64,000 nt of DNA, from NCBI GenBank assembly GCA_038210985.1, contig JBBQWB010000005.1, positions 19 to 64,018 of the forward strand. Reading direction: 5' to 3'. This stretch comes from Bacteroidales bacterium. Its GTDB lineage: Bacteria; Bacteroidota; Bacteroidia; Bacteroidales; WCHB1-69. Shown here piece by piece: positions 24,518 through 32,797 of this stretch; the first letter of the stretch is position 1, and each line of letters opens with the position of its first letter. The position numbers and the translations under genes were made by a program. Below the pieces are notes generated by a model. The model was not told the origin of the DNA. It did no database searches and worked only from the letters and a program-made list of their open reading frames with translations.

Positions 24518-25438
24518 GGTTAAAAAGCTCCAATAGACCATAATAAAATCCCTCCTAAATCCCATAAAAGACGGACAGAAAAGGGAGTACAATAAAGCTG
24601 TCAGCAATGCTGTTTTGGATGTCGTAAGCAAAATTGCAATGGCTAAGAGTATTTATCATAAAATTATTCCAATGGAGAACAGGCTTTTTATTGGTTTTGA
24701 TTTGGAAAAATTCAAATGTAATTCATTTATGAGATAAATTAAAATGTAATTTTATTTTACGCCTTCAAGCCAGACAGGCTGTAACTTTTTATTCGTGCAA
24801 TATTTTTTTTATTATAAGGTACTCATGAACTCGCTGCTTCGCTGCTCGGTTTAGTGCAAAAAGTCACCAAAAACGCTTCTGCTGTCGTAAATATTCTAAA
24901 AATCAACTCATTTTGGCTAAAATCAGTAAACTCCTCTATTGTCGGAGTTGAATTGTAGGAGACTTTAGGCGAACTTCAATTTTTACTCCGATTTATACCG
25001 ATTGGATAGCTATAAAAAATCCTTACAAAAGATATTGTTTATCAGTTATTAGTGTGTTTTGTGTTAAATATATTTCCTAAGGCCATGTAACTTAGTATCA
25101 ACAAAGTTCCGTTTAAGTAAGTTGTTCTGAAATCAACATGATTTTGTTGTCTTCAACGCCTTCATTGCCTCTATTTCTCCAGCTGACTTGTTTAAGTTGC
25201 TGAAAATCAGCACTCCCTTTGGTTAGGGGCAATGATGATTTTCAGTAATAAACCAACAAAATCTTTATCGGAATGATTGGGCGTTTTGACGAAAATAATG
25301 CTGTTATACCGACACGGTTTCGGTAAGAGTTAAATTCGATTAATCTCTTTTGCACCCTATCAGAAACTCTCTCGGCATAAACCTTCCCATGGAATAATTT
25401 GATTAAAGAAAGCTAATATCAGACTTAATAGACGGACA

Positions 25439-26413
25439 CTAAATTACTTCGCTAATCAACAAAGTGTATAAATCTTTCACTTCTAATCCAAATACTCGAG
25501 CTTGCTGTGGAACAATGCTATTTTGCGATTGACCTGGAATGGTATTAACTTCTAAAAAATATAATCCAGTTTCATTAAAAATATAATCAAAACGGGCTAC
25601 TCCTTTGCAGTTAAGTCGTTGGTAAAGATAAGCGGAAGTTTCGCGACATTCGATGGCGATTTTTTCGTCGATAGGAGCAGGGGTAATTTCGTCCGCCATT
25701 CCGGTAGTGTATTTAGCTTCGTAGTCGAAATATTCTTTTTTGGTAACCACTTCGGTAATTGGAAGAACCACAATATCTCCTTTTGATTTAAAAACGCCGC
25801 AGGTAATTTCACGTCCCTTGATAAATCGTTCAATAAGCACTTGGTCGTCGTGTTTAAATGCAAGTTCCAAAGCTTCTAAAAGATTTACCGTTTTATTAAC
25901 TTTAGACATGCCCACGCTGGAACCCGAATTACAAGGTTTTACAAAACATGGGAGTCCAGTAATTTCAACAATAACTTCGGGATAAATTTTCTCTCCTTTA
26001 AATAAATGATACGATTCTGAAACTTTTACATCGTAAGATTTTACCACTCTATTGCAATAATTTTTATTAAACGTAAGCGAAGAAGTTAACACATCACTAC
26101 CGAGATATTTAATGCGTAAAAGCTCAAAATATCCTTGCAGTAATCCATTTTCGCCAGGCGTTCCATGAATTGCAATAAAGACTAAATCAAATATTTCTTT
26201 TTTGCCATCGATGGTTAAGCTAAAATCATTTTTATCTATATTATAATGCAAATTGTCGGTGTGTTCGTAAGTCCAATCTTTGCCTTTTACGTGAATTATT
26301 TTCGATGTAAAAAACTCTTTATCTAAATTGGATTGGATTACAGTAGCACTTTTTATCGAAATTTCATATTCGCCAGAATCGCCACCTGCTAATATTGCAA
26401 TATTTTTTTTCAT
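25439..26413 (-). CDS. ddl: D-alanine--D-alanine ligase
   Basis: The start is moved to MKKNIAILAGGDSGEYEIS (ATG 26413). ATP-grasp blocks FIAIHGTPGENGLLQG, CFVKPCNSGSSVG and LEVNTIPG. Confidence 0.9.
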   Translation of the reverse strand: MKKNIAILAGGDSGEYEISIKSATVIQSNLDKEFFTSKIIHVKGKDWTYEHTDNLHYNIDKNDFSLTIDGKKEIFDLVFIAIHGTPGENGLLQGYFELLRIKYLGSDVLTSSLTFNKNYCNRVVKSYDVKVSESYHLFKGEKIYPEVIVEITGLPCFVKPCNSGSSVGMSKVNKTVNLLEALELAFKHDDQVLIERFIKGREITCGVFKSKGDIVVLPITEVVTKKEYFDYEAKYTTGMADEITPAPIDEKIAIECRETSAYLYQRLNCKGVARFDYIFNETGLYFLEVNTIPGQSQNSIVPQQARVFGLEVKDLYTLLISEVI

Positions 26414-26455
26414 ATCATGAAATCGGATTAGTGAATGAATTAAATAAAATCGAAT

Positions 26456-26463
26456 CAAAAGTA
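26456..26463 (-). promoter_or_regulatory. -7 box TACTTTTG upstream of ddl
   Basis: The reverse complement of CAAAAGTA is an exact TAnnTTTG match, 42 nt upstream of the ATG at 26413. Confidence 0.4.
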
Positions 26464-26648
26464 CATTAATTTTAAAATTTAACTAAAGCTTTGGATTAAA
26501 TTTTATCCTCAGATTAATGTTTGTAACTATGGCTAATGAAAAATCAATTATTTCCTTGCGGATTTATGGTATTTGTATAATCTTTTAATTTATAGTGTTT
26601 GAAATACTTTTTTGTACATGTAAACGAAGTATAAACCAAACATTTTAT

Positions 26649-26656
26649 TAATTTTG
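26649..26656 (+). promoter_or_regulatory. -7 box TAATTTTG upstream of the PASTA gene
   Basis: Exact TAnnTTTG match ending 41 nt before the ATG at 26698. Confidence 0.4.
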
Positions 26657-26697
26657 TCAATTAAACAATAAAATCAGCTAAAATAGGTTATTGTGTC

Positions 26698-27267
26698 ATG
26701 ATTGATAAAATAAAAAACTTTCTTAAAATACCCATCGTAAAGCATGTTTTAATTGGTATTGGTGTATTTATTGGTTTAATAATCGTGGTGTCGTTTGTAT
26801 TACGTTTTTATACACGCCATGGCGATTCAATTACTTTACCCGATTTTACCGGTAAAACGCTGGAACAAATTCAGGAAATGGACAACGCTTCGCCTTTTAC
26901 ATTTATTGTAACAGATTCGGTGTATATGCTTGATAAACAAAAAGGAACGGTATATTCTCAAGATCCTCCAATTGGCTCAACGGTTAAATCGGGACGAAAA
27001 GTGTATGTTACTACGGTTGCATTCGGAGTGCCAAATGTTACCATGCCAAATCTTGCCGATTTATCGCTTCGACAGGCTTCGATGATGCTCGAAAATATTG
27101 GCTTAGTAGTTGGAAATGTGGTGTATCAGCCCAGCAAATATCACAATGCCGTGTTCGAACAACTGTATCAAGGACGTCCAATTAAAGAAGGAACCGAATT
27201 GAAACAAGGTTCAAAAATTACACTAGTTGTTGGCAAAGATGCTTCCATAGATAATGACTCAGAATAG
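26698..27267 (+). CDS. PASTA domain-containing membrane-anchored protein
   Basis: N-terminal TM helix followed by two PASTA-like repeats (LPDFTGKTLEQ..., MPNLADLSLRQASMMLENIGLVVGNV). Confidence 0.8.
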   Translation: MIDKIKNFLKIPIVKHVLIGIGVFIGLIIVVSFVLRFYTRHGDSITLPDFTGKTLEQIQEMDNASPFTFIVTDSVYMLDKQKGTVYSQDPPIGSTVKSGRKVYVTTVAFGVPNVTMPNLADLSLRQASMMLENIGLVVGNVVYQPSKYHNAVFEQLYQGRPIKEGTELKQGSKITLVVGKDASIDNDSE

Positions 27268-27290
27268 GTTAAATTGAAAATTCAATAAGT

Positions 27291-29387
27291 ATGAATAAAA
27301 AAATATTTTTCACCATTTTAATTTCGATTGTTATTATTCAAACTAATGCACAAGAGATTATTACAGGTTTAAATCGAAATCACATGGTGAAGCAGTCGGA
27401 ATCATTTGTAAAAAATATTTTGATTGATTACCCTCCTGTTACAATCCCTTTTATCGATGATTTTTCGAACTATACTATTTTTCCAAATCCAAATTTATGG
27501 ATTGATAACTACGTTTTTATTAACAGCAATTACACTACTTTTCCACCAACTATTGGTGTTGCTACCTTTGATGCCATTAATCAATATGGAGCAATTCATG
27601 CAAATGCACAATCTACCACATTTCCATCCGACACTTTAACCTCTCGTCCTATTCGTTTGGATACCTTATTCTTGCCAGTTTATCGACCAATAACAATTGC
27701 CGATTCTATCTATTTTAGTTTCTATTTTCAACCTGGAGGCTCTACCGGACAACCTTGGGAGCTTTTTGGCGACAAACCCGAATTTAACGACTCCTTAGTT
27801 TTGGAATTTGGCTATCGTACAGGAAACATTGTGTTAGATCATTATATTAGAGAACCTCAAGAAATTACAACCTATTTATTGCCTGGCGACTCTATCGAAA
27901 ATCATTGTTATTTAGGAGTTTATATTTATATTGAACAAGCTTATTTTCCCTACGATACCGTTTGGGTTCCTTGCGACTCGGTGATGAAACCCGAAATGGT
28001 TTGGACAAAAGTTTGGTATTCTAACGGCTTAAGTCTTCAACAAATGCTTACAAATACTGGAAAATATTTTAATTATGTTTTAATCCCAATTACAAACGAG
28101 CAATATCTAAATCCGGGATTTCAATTCCGTTTCCGAAATTATGCTAGTTTGGGAAATAATGCCTTGCCAGGTTGGCTCGGAAACGTTGACCAATGGAATA
28201 TAGATTATGTAAAATTAGACATCAATCGGAATTATGAAGATACTATTTTAAAAGATGTTGCTTTTGTGAATTTAGCTCCATCTACCTTAAAAAAATATCA
28301 ATCGATGCCTTGGAATCAATTTAAAGGATTCCAAAACGCTGAATTAAAAGATTCGGTTAAAATGCAATTAACAAATTTAGATGTTATTACAAAAAACACC
28401 AGTTTAATTTATAAAGCCGAAAATTTGGATAATTCATTAATTTATTCATACGATGGCGGAAGTTTTAATTTAGATCCGTATGTTACAAATGGGTATCAAA
28501 CCTATCAGCCACATGCACGTCCACCTATAAAATTTACGTTTCCCGAAGATGCAAACGATAGTGCAGATTTTGTGGTTACTTACATTCATAAAGAAGCTGG
28601 TATGGGCGATAAACGTGCCGAAAATGATACCATCCGCTTTAATCAGCACTTTTATAATTATTTTGCTTACGATGATGGCTCGCCCGAAAATGGATACGGA
28701 TTGTCGGTTGCTGGAGCAAAACTTGCGTATCGTTTTAAGTTAAATACTCCCGACACCATTCAGGCAATTCAAATGTTTTTTAATCAAACTTTTGACCATT
28801 CAAATCAACAAAACTTTTATTTAACCATTTGGAATAATGTAAATAACAAACCTGGAGATGTAATTTATGAGCAAGCTTTGGTTTTGCCAATTTTTGAAGA
28901 TTCGATTAACGAATTTCACACATATAAACTGGAAGAGCCTTTATTTGTGAGCGGAACATTTTATGTTGGTTGGCGTCAAACTTCCGAATACAACTTAAAT
29001 ATCGGTTTTGACCGTAATAATAATGCTTCGGAAAATATTTTTTACAATACCGATGGTGCATGGGTAAATTCGTTTTACACCGGAGCACTTATGATTCGTC
29101 CAATGCTTGGAAAAAGTTTTTCGATGGTTGGAATGGATGAATCTATTGCTGCAATCGATGTTCAACTTTATCCAAATCCAAACAATGGGAATTTTCTCAA
29201 TTTAAAATATCCCGAAAACATGGATAATAATGCAGTGGTAAATGTTTTTGATGTTACTGGAAGATTGATTTCTACGGAACAAATAAAACCATCCATTTCG
29301 ATATCATCGCTACAAAACGGACTTTATATTGTTGAAATTAAGACTAAAAACAATACAATTGCCAAGCGATTAATAATTTCAAAATAA
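27291..29387 (+). CDS. T9SS type A cargo protein, function unknown
   Basis: Signal peptide; 698 aa. The C-terminal VQLYPNPNNGNFLNL...GLYIVEIKTKNNTIAKRLIISK is a Por_Secre_tail CTD. Confidence 0.75.
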   Translation: MNKKIFFTILISIVIIQTNAQEIITGLNRNHMVKQSESFVKNILIDYPPVTIPFIDDFSNYTIFPNPNLWIDNYVFINSNYTTFPPTIGVATFDAINQYGAIHANAQSTTFPSDTLTSRPIRLDTLFLPVYRPITIADSIYFSFYFQPGGSTGQPWELFGDKPEFNDSLVLEFGYRTGNIVLDHYIREPQEITTYLLPGDSIENHCYLGVYIYIEQAYFPYDTVWVPCDSVMKPEMVWTKVWYSNGLSLQQMLTNTGKYFNYVLIPITNEQYLNPGFQFRFRNYASLGNNALPGWLGNVDQWNIDYVKLDINRNYEDTILKDVAFVNLAPSTLKKYQSMPWNQFKGFQNAELKDSVKMQLTNLDVITKNTSLIYKAENLDNSLIYSYDGGSFNLDPYVTNGYQTYQPHARPPIKFTFPEDANDSADFVVTYIHKEAGMGDKRAENDTIRFNQHFYNYFAYDDGSPENGYGLSVAGAKLAYRFKLNTPDTIQAIQMFFNQTFDHSNQQNFYLTIWNNVNNKPGDVIYEQALVLPIFEDSINEFHTYKLEEPLFVSGTFYVGWRQTSEYNLNIGFDRNNNASENIFYNTDGAWVNSFYTGALMIRPMLGKSFSMVGMDESIAAIDVQLYPNPNNGNFLNLKYPENMDNNAVVNVFDVTGRLISTEQIKPSISISSLQNGLYIVEIKTKNNTIAKRLIISK

Positions 29388-29401
29388 ACTAAAAATACAA
29401 C

Positions 29402-30460
29402 ATGATCGAAGAGCCTTTGCAATCCGACCAGAACGAAGAGAGTGAAGACTTATTTGAACATTTTCGGTTCGTTGCTGACGCACGTCAATCTTTATTAAGA
29501 TTAGACAAATTTTTAATGAATCGAATTGAAAATACTTCACGTAATAAAATTCAAAATGCAGCCAAAGCCGGAAATATTTTGGTTAATAATGTTGCCGAAA
29601 AACAAAATTACAAAGTAAAACCGGGCGATATAATTTCGATTGTAATGACTCATCCGCCCCGCGACATTGAAATTATTCCCCAAGATATTCCACTCATTAT
29701 TTCGTATGAAGATGACGATGTGTTAATGGTAAATAAAAAGCCAGGAATGGTCGTTCATCCAGCTTATGGAAATTATACAGGAACGCTAGTAAATGCTTTG
29801 GCATTTCGTTTTTTAAACTGTTTTAATGCCAATAAAGAGCCAGTTAAAGCACATCTTGTGCATCGCATCGACAAAGATACAAGTGGAATTATGGTGATTG
29901 CAAAAAATGAATATGCTCAAACAAAATTGGCAAACGACTTTTTTCATCACACTATTCAACGCAAATACAATGCGATAGTTTGGGGCGATTTTGTGGAAGA
30001 TTCGGGAACTATTACAGGAAATATTGGACGAAGTTTAAAAGACCGAAAAGTGATGACGGTTTTTCCAAACGGAGAATTTGGAAAACATGCAGTTACTCAT
30101 TGGAGAGTGTTGGAACGTTTTGGTTATGTTACACTTATCGAATGTCAATTGGAAACTGGAAGGACACATCAAATTCGTGCCCACTTGCGTTCTATTGGGC
30201 ATCCATTGTTTAACGATGCAACCTATGGTGGCGATAGCATTTTAAAAGGAACTACGTTTACAAAATACAAACAGTTTGTTCAAAATTGTTTTAAACTTTT
30301 ACCTCGCCAAGCATTACATGCAAAATCATTAGGTTTTAAACACCCTGTGAGTGATATAGAAATTTTTATCGATTCCGAACTCCCCGAAGATATGAAATCC
30401 GCTTTGGAGAAATGGAGAGGGTACTCGAAACATAAATCGTTGGGAGAAGAAATGGAGTAG
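29402..30460 (+). CDS. rluD: RluA-family 23S rRNA pseudouridine synthase (RluD-like) with S4 domain
   Basis: N-terminal S4 domain, catalytic HRIDKDTSG, and the GRTHQIRAH block. Confidence 0.9.
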   Translation: MIEEPLQSDQNEESEDLFEHFRFVADARQSLLRLDKFLMNRIENTSRNKIQNAAKAGNILVNNVAEKQNYKVKPGDIISIVMTHPPRDIEIIPQDIPLIISYEDDDVLMVNKKPGMVVHPAYGNYTGTLVNALAFRFLNCFNANKEPVKAHLVHRIDKDTSGIMVIAKNEYAQTKLANDFFHHTIQRKYNAIVWGDFVEDSGTITGNIGRSLKDRKVMTVFPNGEFGKHAVTHWRVLERFGYVTLIECQLETGRTHQIRAHLRSIGHPLFNDATYGGDSILKGTTFTKYKQFVQNCFKLLPRQALHAKSLGFKHPVSDIEIFIDSELPEDMKSALEKWRGYSKHKSLGEEME

Positions 30461-30552
30461 GAGTTGATTAGCTGATGTGCTGATTAGTTGATGTGATAAT
30501 GTGCTGATTAGTTGATGTGATAATGTGATGATTTGCTGATTTGTGGATGTGT
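30461..30552 (+). repeat. Low-complexity word repeat (module G), including two perfect tandem 24-mers GTGCTGATTAGTTGATGTGATAAT
   Basis: The 24-mers at 30477-30500 and 30501-30524 are identical. Starts directly after the rluD stop. The reverse complement shares CACATC(A/C)ACTAATCAGC and ATCATCACAT words with 43376-43451. Confidence 0.85.
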
Positions 30553-30663
30553 TACGAAACGAGAGTGTCAATGCATGTGGTTTTTGCATTTAAAGTTTGA
30601 AAAATAAAACTAGAGAATATTCAAATCTAATTTTTCAAATCAATTTTCCAAAAATATTTGTTT

Positions 30664-30671
30664 TATCTTTG
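30664..30671 (+). promoter_or_regulatory. -7 box TATCTTTG upstream of the LTA-synthase-like gene
   Basis: Exact TAnnTTTG match ending 18 nt before the ATG at 30690. Confidence 0.45.
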
Positions 30672-30689
30672 TTTGTTCAAAATTATTAA

Positions 30690-32669
30690 ATGAAGAAAGT
30701 TATTGGCTTTATACCTGCTCCAATTAGGCTTATTATAAAAGTTTATGCAATAGGAATACTGTTTTTCTTTGCGCTGCGGTTAGTTTTGCTTTTTGTAACT
30801 TTCGATCAAGTTAAATCCATTAATGATTCCACCACTTGGATTTTAATGCAGGCTTTTTTTATGGGCTGGCGTTTCGATACGGTTATTTCGGGATATCTGT
30901 TGGCTTTGCCCTTAGTTTTATTGAGTTTTGGAGAATTGTCTGAAAAAACTCGAAATTATTTAGCAAAGATTTCAAAATGGATAATTCTAATTTTATATTC
31001 TTTGGCTTTTATAGTTTGTTTTACCGATATTCCGCTTTTTAAACAGTTTGGAAATAGAATGAATATGTCGGCATTTCAGTGGTTCGATTCGCCAATGTTT
31101 GTCATTAAAATGGTATTTGGCGAAATTCGATATTGGATAGTTTTAATTCCATTAATCGGTTTTATTTGGGCTTGGATTTTTTTTGTAAATAAATTTTATA
31201 AAAACTTTTTGTCAAAACGTAGCTTTTTTAATAAAGGATTTTCTGTCCGAAAATTTTCAATATTCATTCCGTTAACCATTCTGTTTTGGGCTTTATTATT
31301 TCTGGGTATTCGTGGTAGAATTGAAAAAAAATCTCCTATACGAATTGGTACTGCCTTTTTTTCCGAATATCCATACGCCAATCAGTTGGGATTGAATCCT
31401 GTGTTTACATTAATGCGAAGTTATTTCGATCAGCTTAGAGCCGAAAATAATCCCATTAACTTTATGCCCGATGAGGAAGCGGTGGCATTTATGCAAAAAC
31501 AGTTAGAAATAGATTCACTTATTGCAAATTCGCCAATTGCCAGACAAATGAATGTTGGTAAAACAGCTAAACCATACAATGTAGTGTTGGTAATTATGGA
31601 AAGTATGGGAGCTCAAAATATGAAGCGATATGGCAATTCTAATAATTTAACGCCAACTTTAGATTCCATTGCCAATCATTCCATCGCTTTCGATTTTGCA
31701 TATACAACTGGAATTCATACACATAATGGACTTTTTTCGTCCGTATATGGTTTTCCCTCCATTCCTAAAAAACATCCGTTTAACGAATTTCCAATTAACG
31801 AATACACTGGATTGCCGGGAATTTTAAAACAAAATTCGTATCAAACCATGTTTTTTGTTCCCCACGATGATCAATTCGACAATATGGGAGGTTTTTTTAA
31901 AGCCAATCATTTTAACGAGATTTACAGCGAAAAAAATTATCCTTCCGAAAAAGTACTAAGTTCGCTGGGTGTGCCCGACCACGTAATGTTCGACTTTGCA
32001 ATAAATATTTTGAATCGCAAAAGTGAAACTAAAAAACCTTTTTTTGCAACCTTTATGACTGCAAGTAATCACGGTCCGTACATTGTGCCCAAGGATATTT
32101 CATTTAAACCAAAATCATCCGACCTAAAAACACAGCTTGTGGAATATGCCGATTGGGCGATAGCTAATTTTTTGCAAAATGCGAGGAAACAATCGTGGTT
32201 TAAAAACACCATTTTTGTATTTATTGCCGATCATGGGTTTCATGGAGCTAGTCCTTACGAAATGTCGCTTTGTTACCACCATACACCATTTTTAATTTAT
32301 GCTCCACAAATTCTCGACAGTACTTTTGCAGTCGATAAGGTGGCTTCGCAATTAGATGTTTTTCCAACAGTAATGGGAATTCTGCAAATTCCATATGTAA
32401 ATAATACATTAGGAGTTGATTTGTTAAATGAAAGCAGAAAATATGCACCAGTTTGTAACGATGAACGAATGGGTTGTGTTGGCAAAGATTGGTTTTTTGT
32501 TAAGCGAGAGGATGGAACTCCCATTTTGTACGATTTTAATTCAAAAACTTCAAAAAATACATTCAATCAAAATATTGAAATAGGGCAAGAAATGATGAAT
32601 TTCACAAACGCCACGTATCAAACTACCCAATATTTGATAAAACTCAAAAAAACTGGATTGTTGAAATGA
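30690..32669 (+). CDS. LTA synthase / sulfatase-like phosphoglycerol transferase family membrane protein
   Basis: Five N-terminal TM helices and an extracytoplasmic sulfatase-fold domain (VVLVIMESMGAQN, FMTASNHGPY, FIADHG). Confidence 0.8.
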   Translation: MKKVIGFIPAPIRLIIKVYAIGILFFFALRLVLLFVTFDQVKSINDSTTWILMQAFFMGWRFDTVISGYLLALPLVLLSFGELSEKTRNYLAKISKWIILILYSLAFIVCFTDIPLFKQFGNRMNMSAFQWFDSPMFVIKMVFGEIRYWIVLIPLIGFIWAWIFFVNKFYKNFLSKRSFFNKGFSVRKFSIFIPLTILFWALLFLGIRGRIEKKSPIRIGTAFFSEYPYANQLGLNPVFTLMRSYFDQLRAENNPINFMPDEEAVAFMQKQLEIDSLIANSPIARQMNVGKTAKPYNVVLVIMESMGAQNMKRYGNSNNLTPTLDSIANHSIAFDFAYTTGIHTHNGLFSSVYGFPSIPKKHPFNEFPINEYTGLPGILKQNSYQTMFFVPHDDQFDNMGGFFKANHFNEIYSEKNYPSEKVLSSLGVPDHVMFDFAINILNRKSETKKPFFATFMTASNHGPYIVPKDISFKPKSSDLKTQLVEYADWAIANFLQNARKQSWFKNTIFVFIADHGFHGASPYEMSLCYHHTPFLIYAPQILDSTFAVDKVASQLDVFPTVMGILQIPYVNNTLGVDLLNESRKYAPVCNDERMGCVGKDWFFVKREDGTPILYDFNSKTSKNTFNQNIEIGQEMMNFTNATYQTTQYLIKLKKTGLLK

Positions 32670-32770
32670 TTTTTTTGCGTTTTAAGACGCCAACAATATA
32701 GCCAAAACGCCAAGTTTAAAGAAAATAAAACATTATTAGAAATTTATCGTACAACACTTATTAAAATATT

Positions 32771-32778
32771 TAATTTTG
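32771..32778 (+). promoter_or_regulatory. -7 box TAATTTTG upstream of the patatin gene
   Basis: Exact TAnnTTTG match ending 19 nt before the ATG at 32798. This also supports the ATG rather than the upstream TTG as the start. Confidence 0.45.
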
Positions 32779-32797
32779 TAATTCCTAGTTTTTGTTT

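Noticed and set aside
24639-24737. 32-codon ORF (MAKSIYHKIIPMENRLFIGFDLEKFKCNSFMR) in the long spacer, which could be a small protein or a transposase N-terminal remnant.
   Set aside because: It has no promoter box and no recognisable motif, and it is too short to evaluate. It is kept only as a note inside the spacer finding.
24569-25438. 9-bp direct repeat AGACGGACA at 24569-24577 and 25430-25438, flanking the ORF-free spacer. This could be the target-site duplication of a decayed insertion.
   Set aside because: A single 9-mer match within about 900 bp is expected by chance roughly once. No terminal inverted repeats or transposase remnants accompany it.
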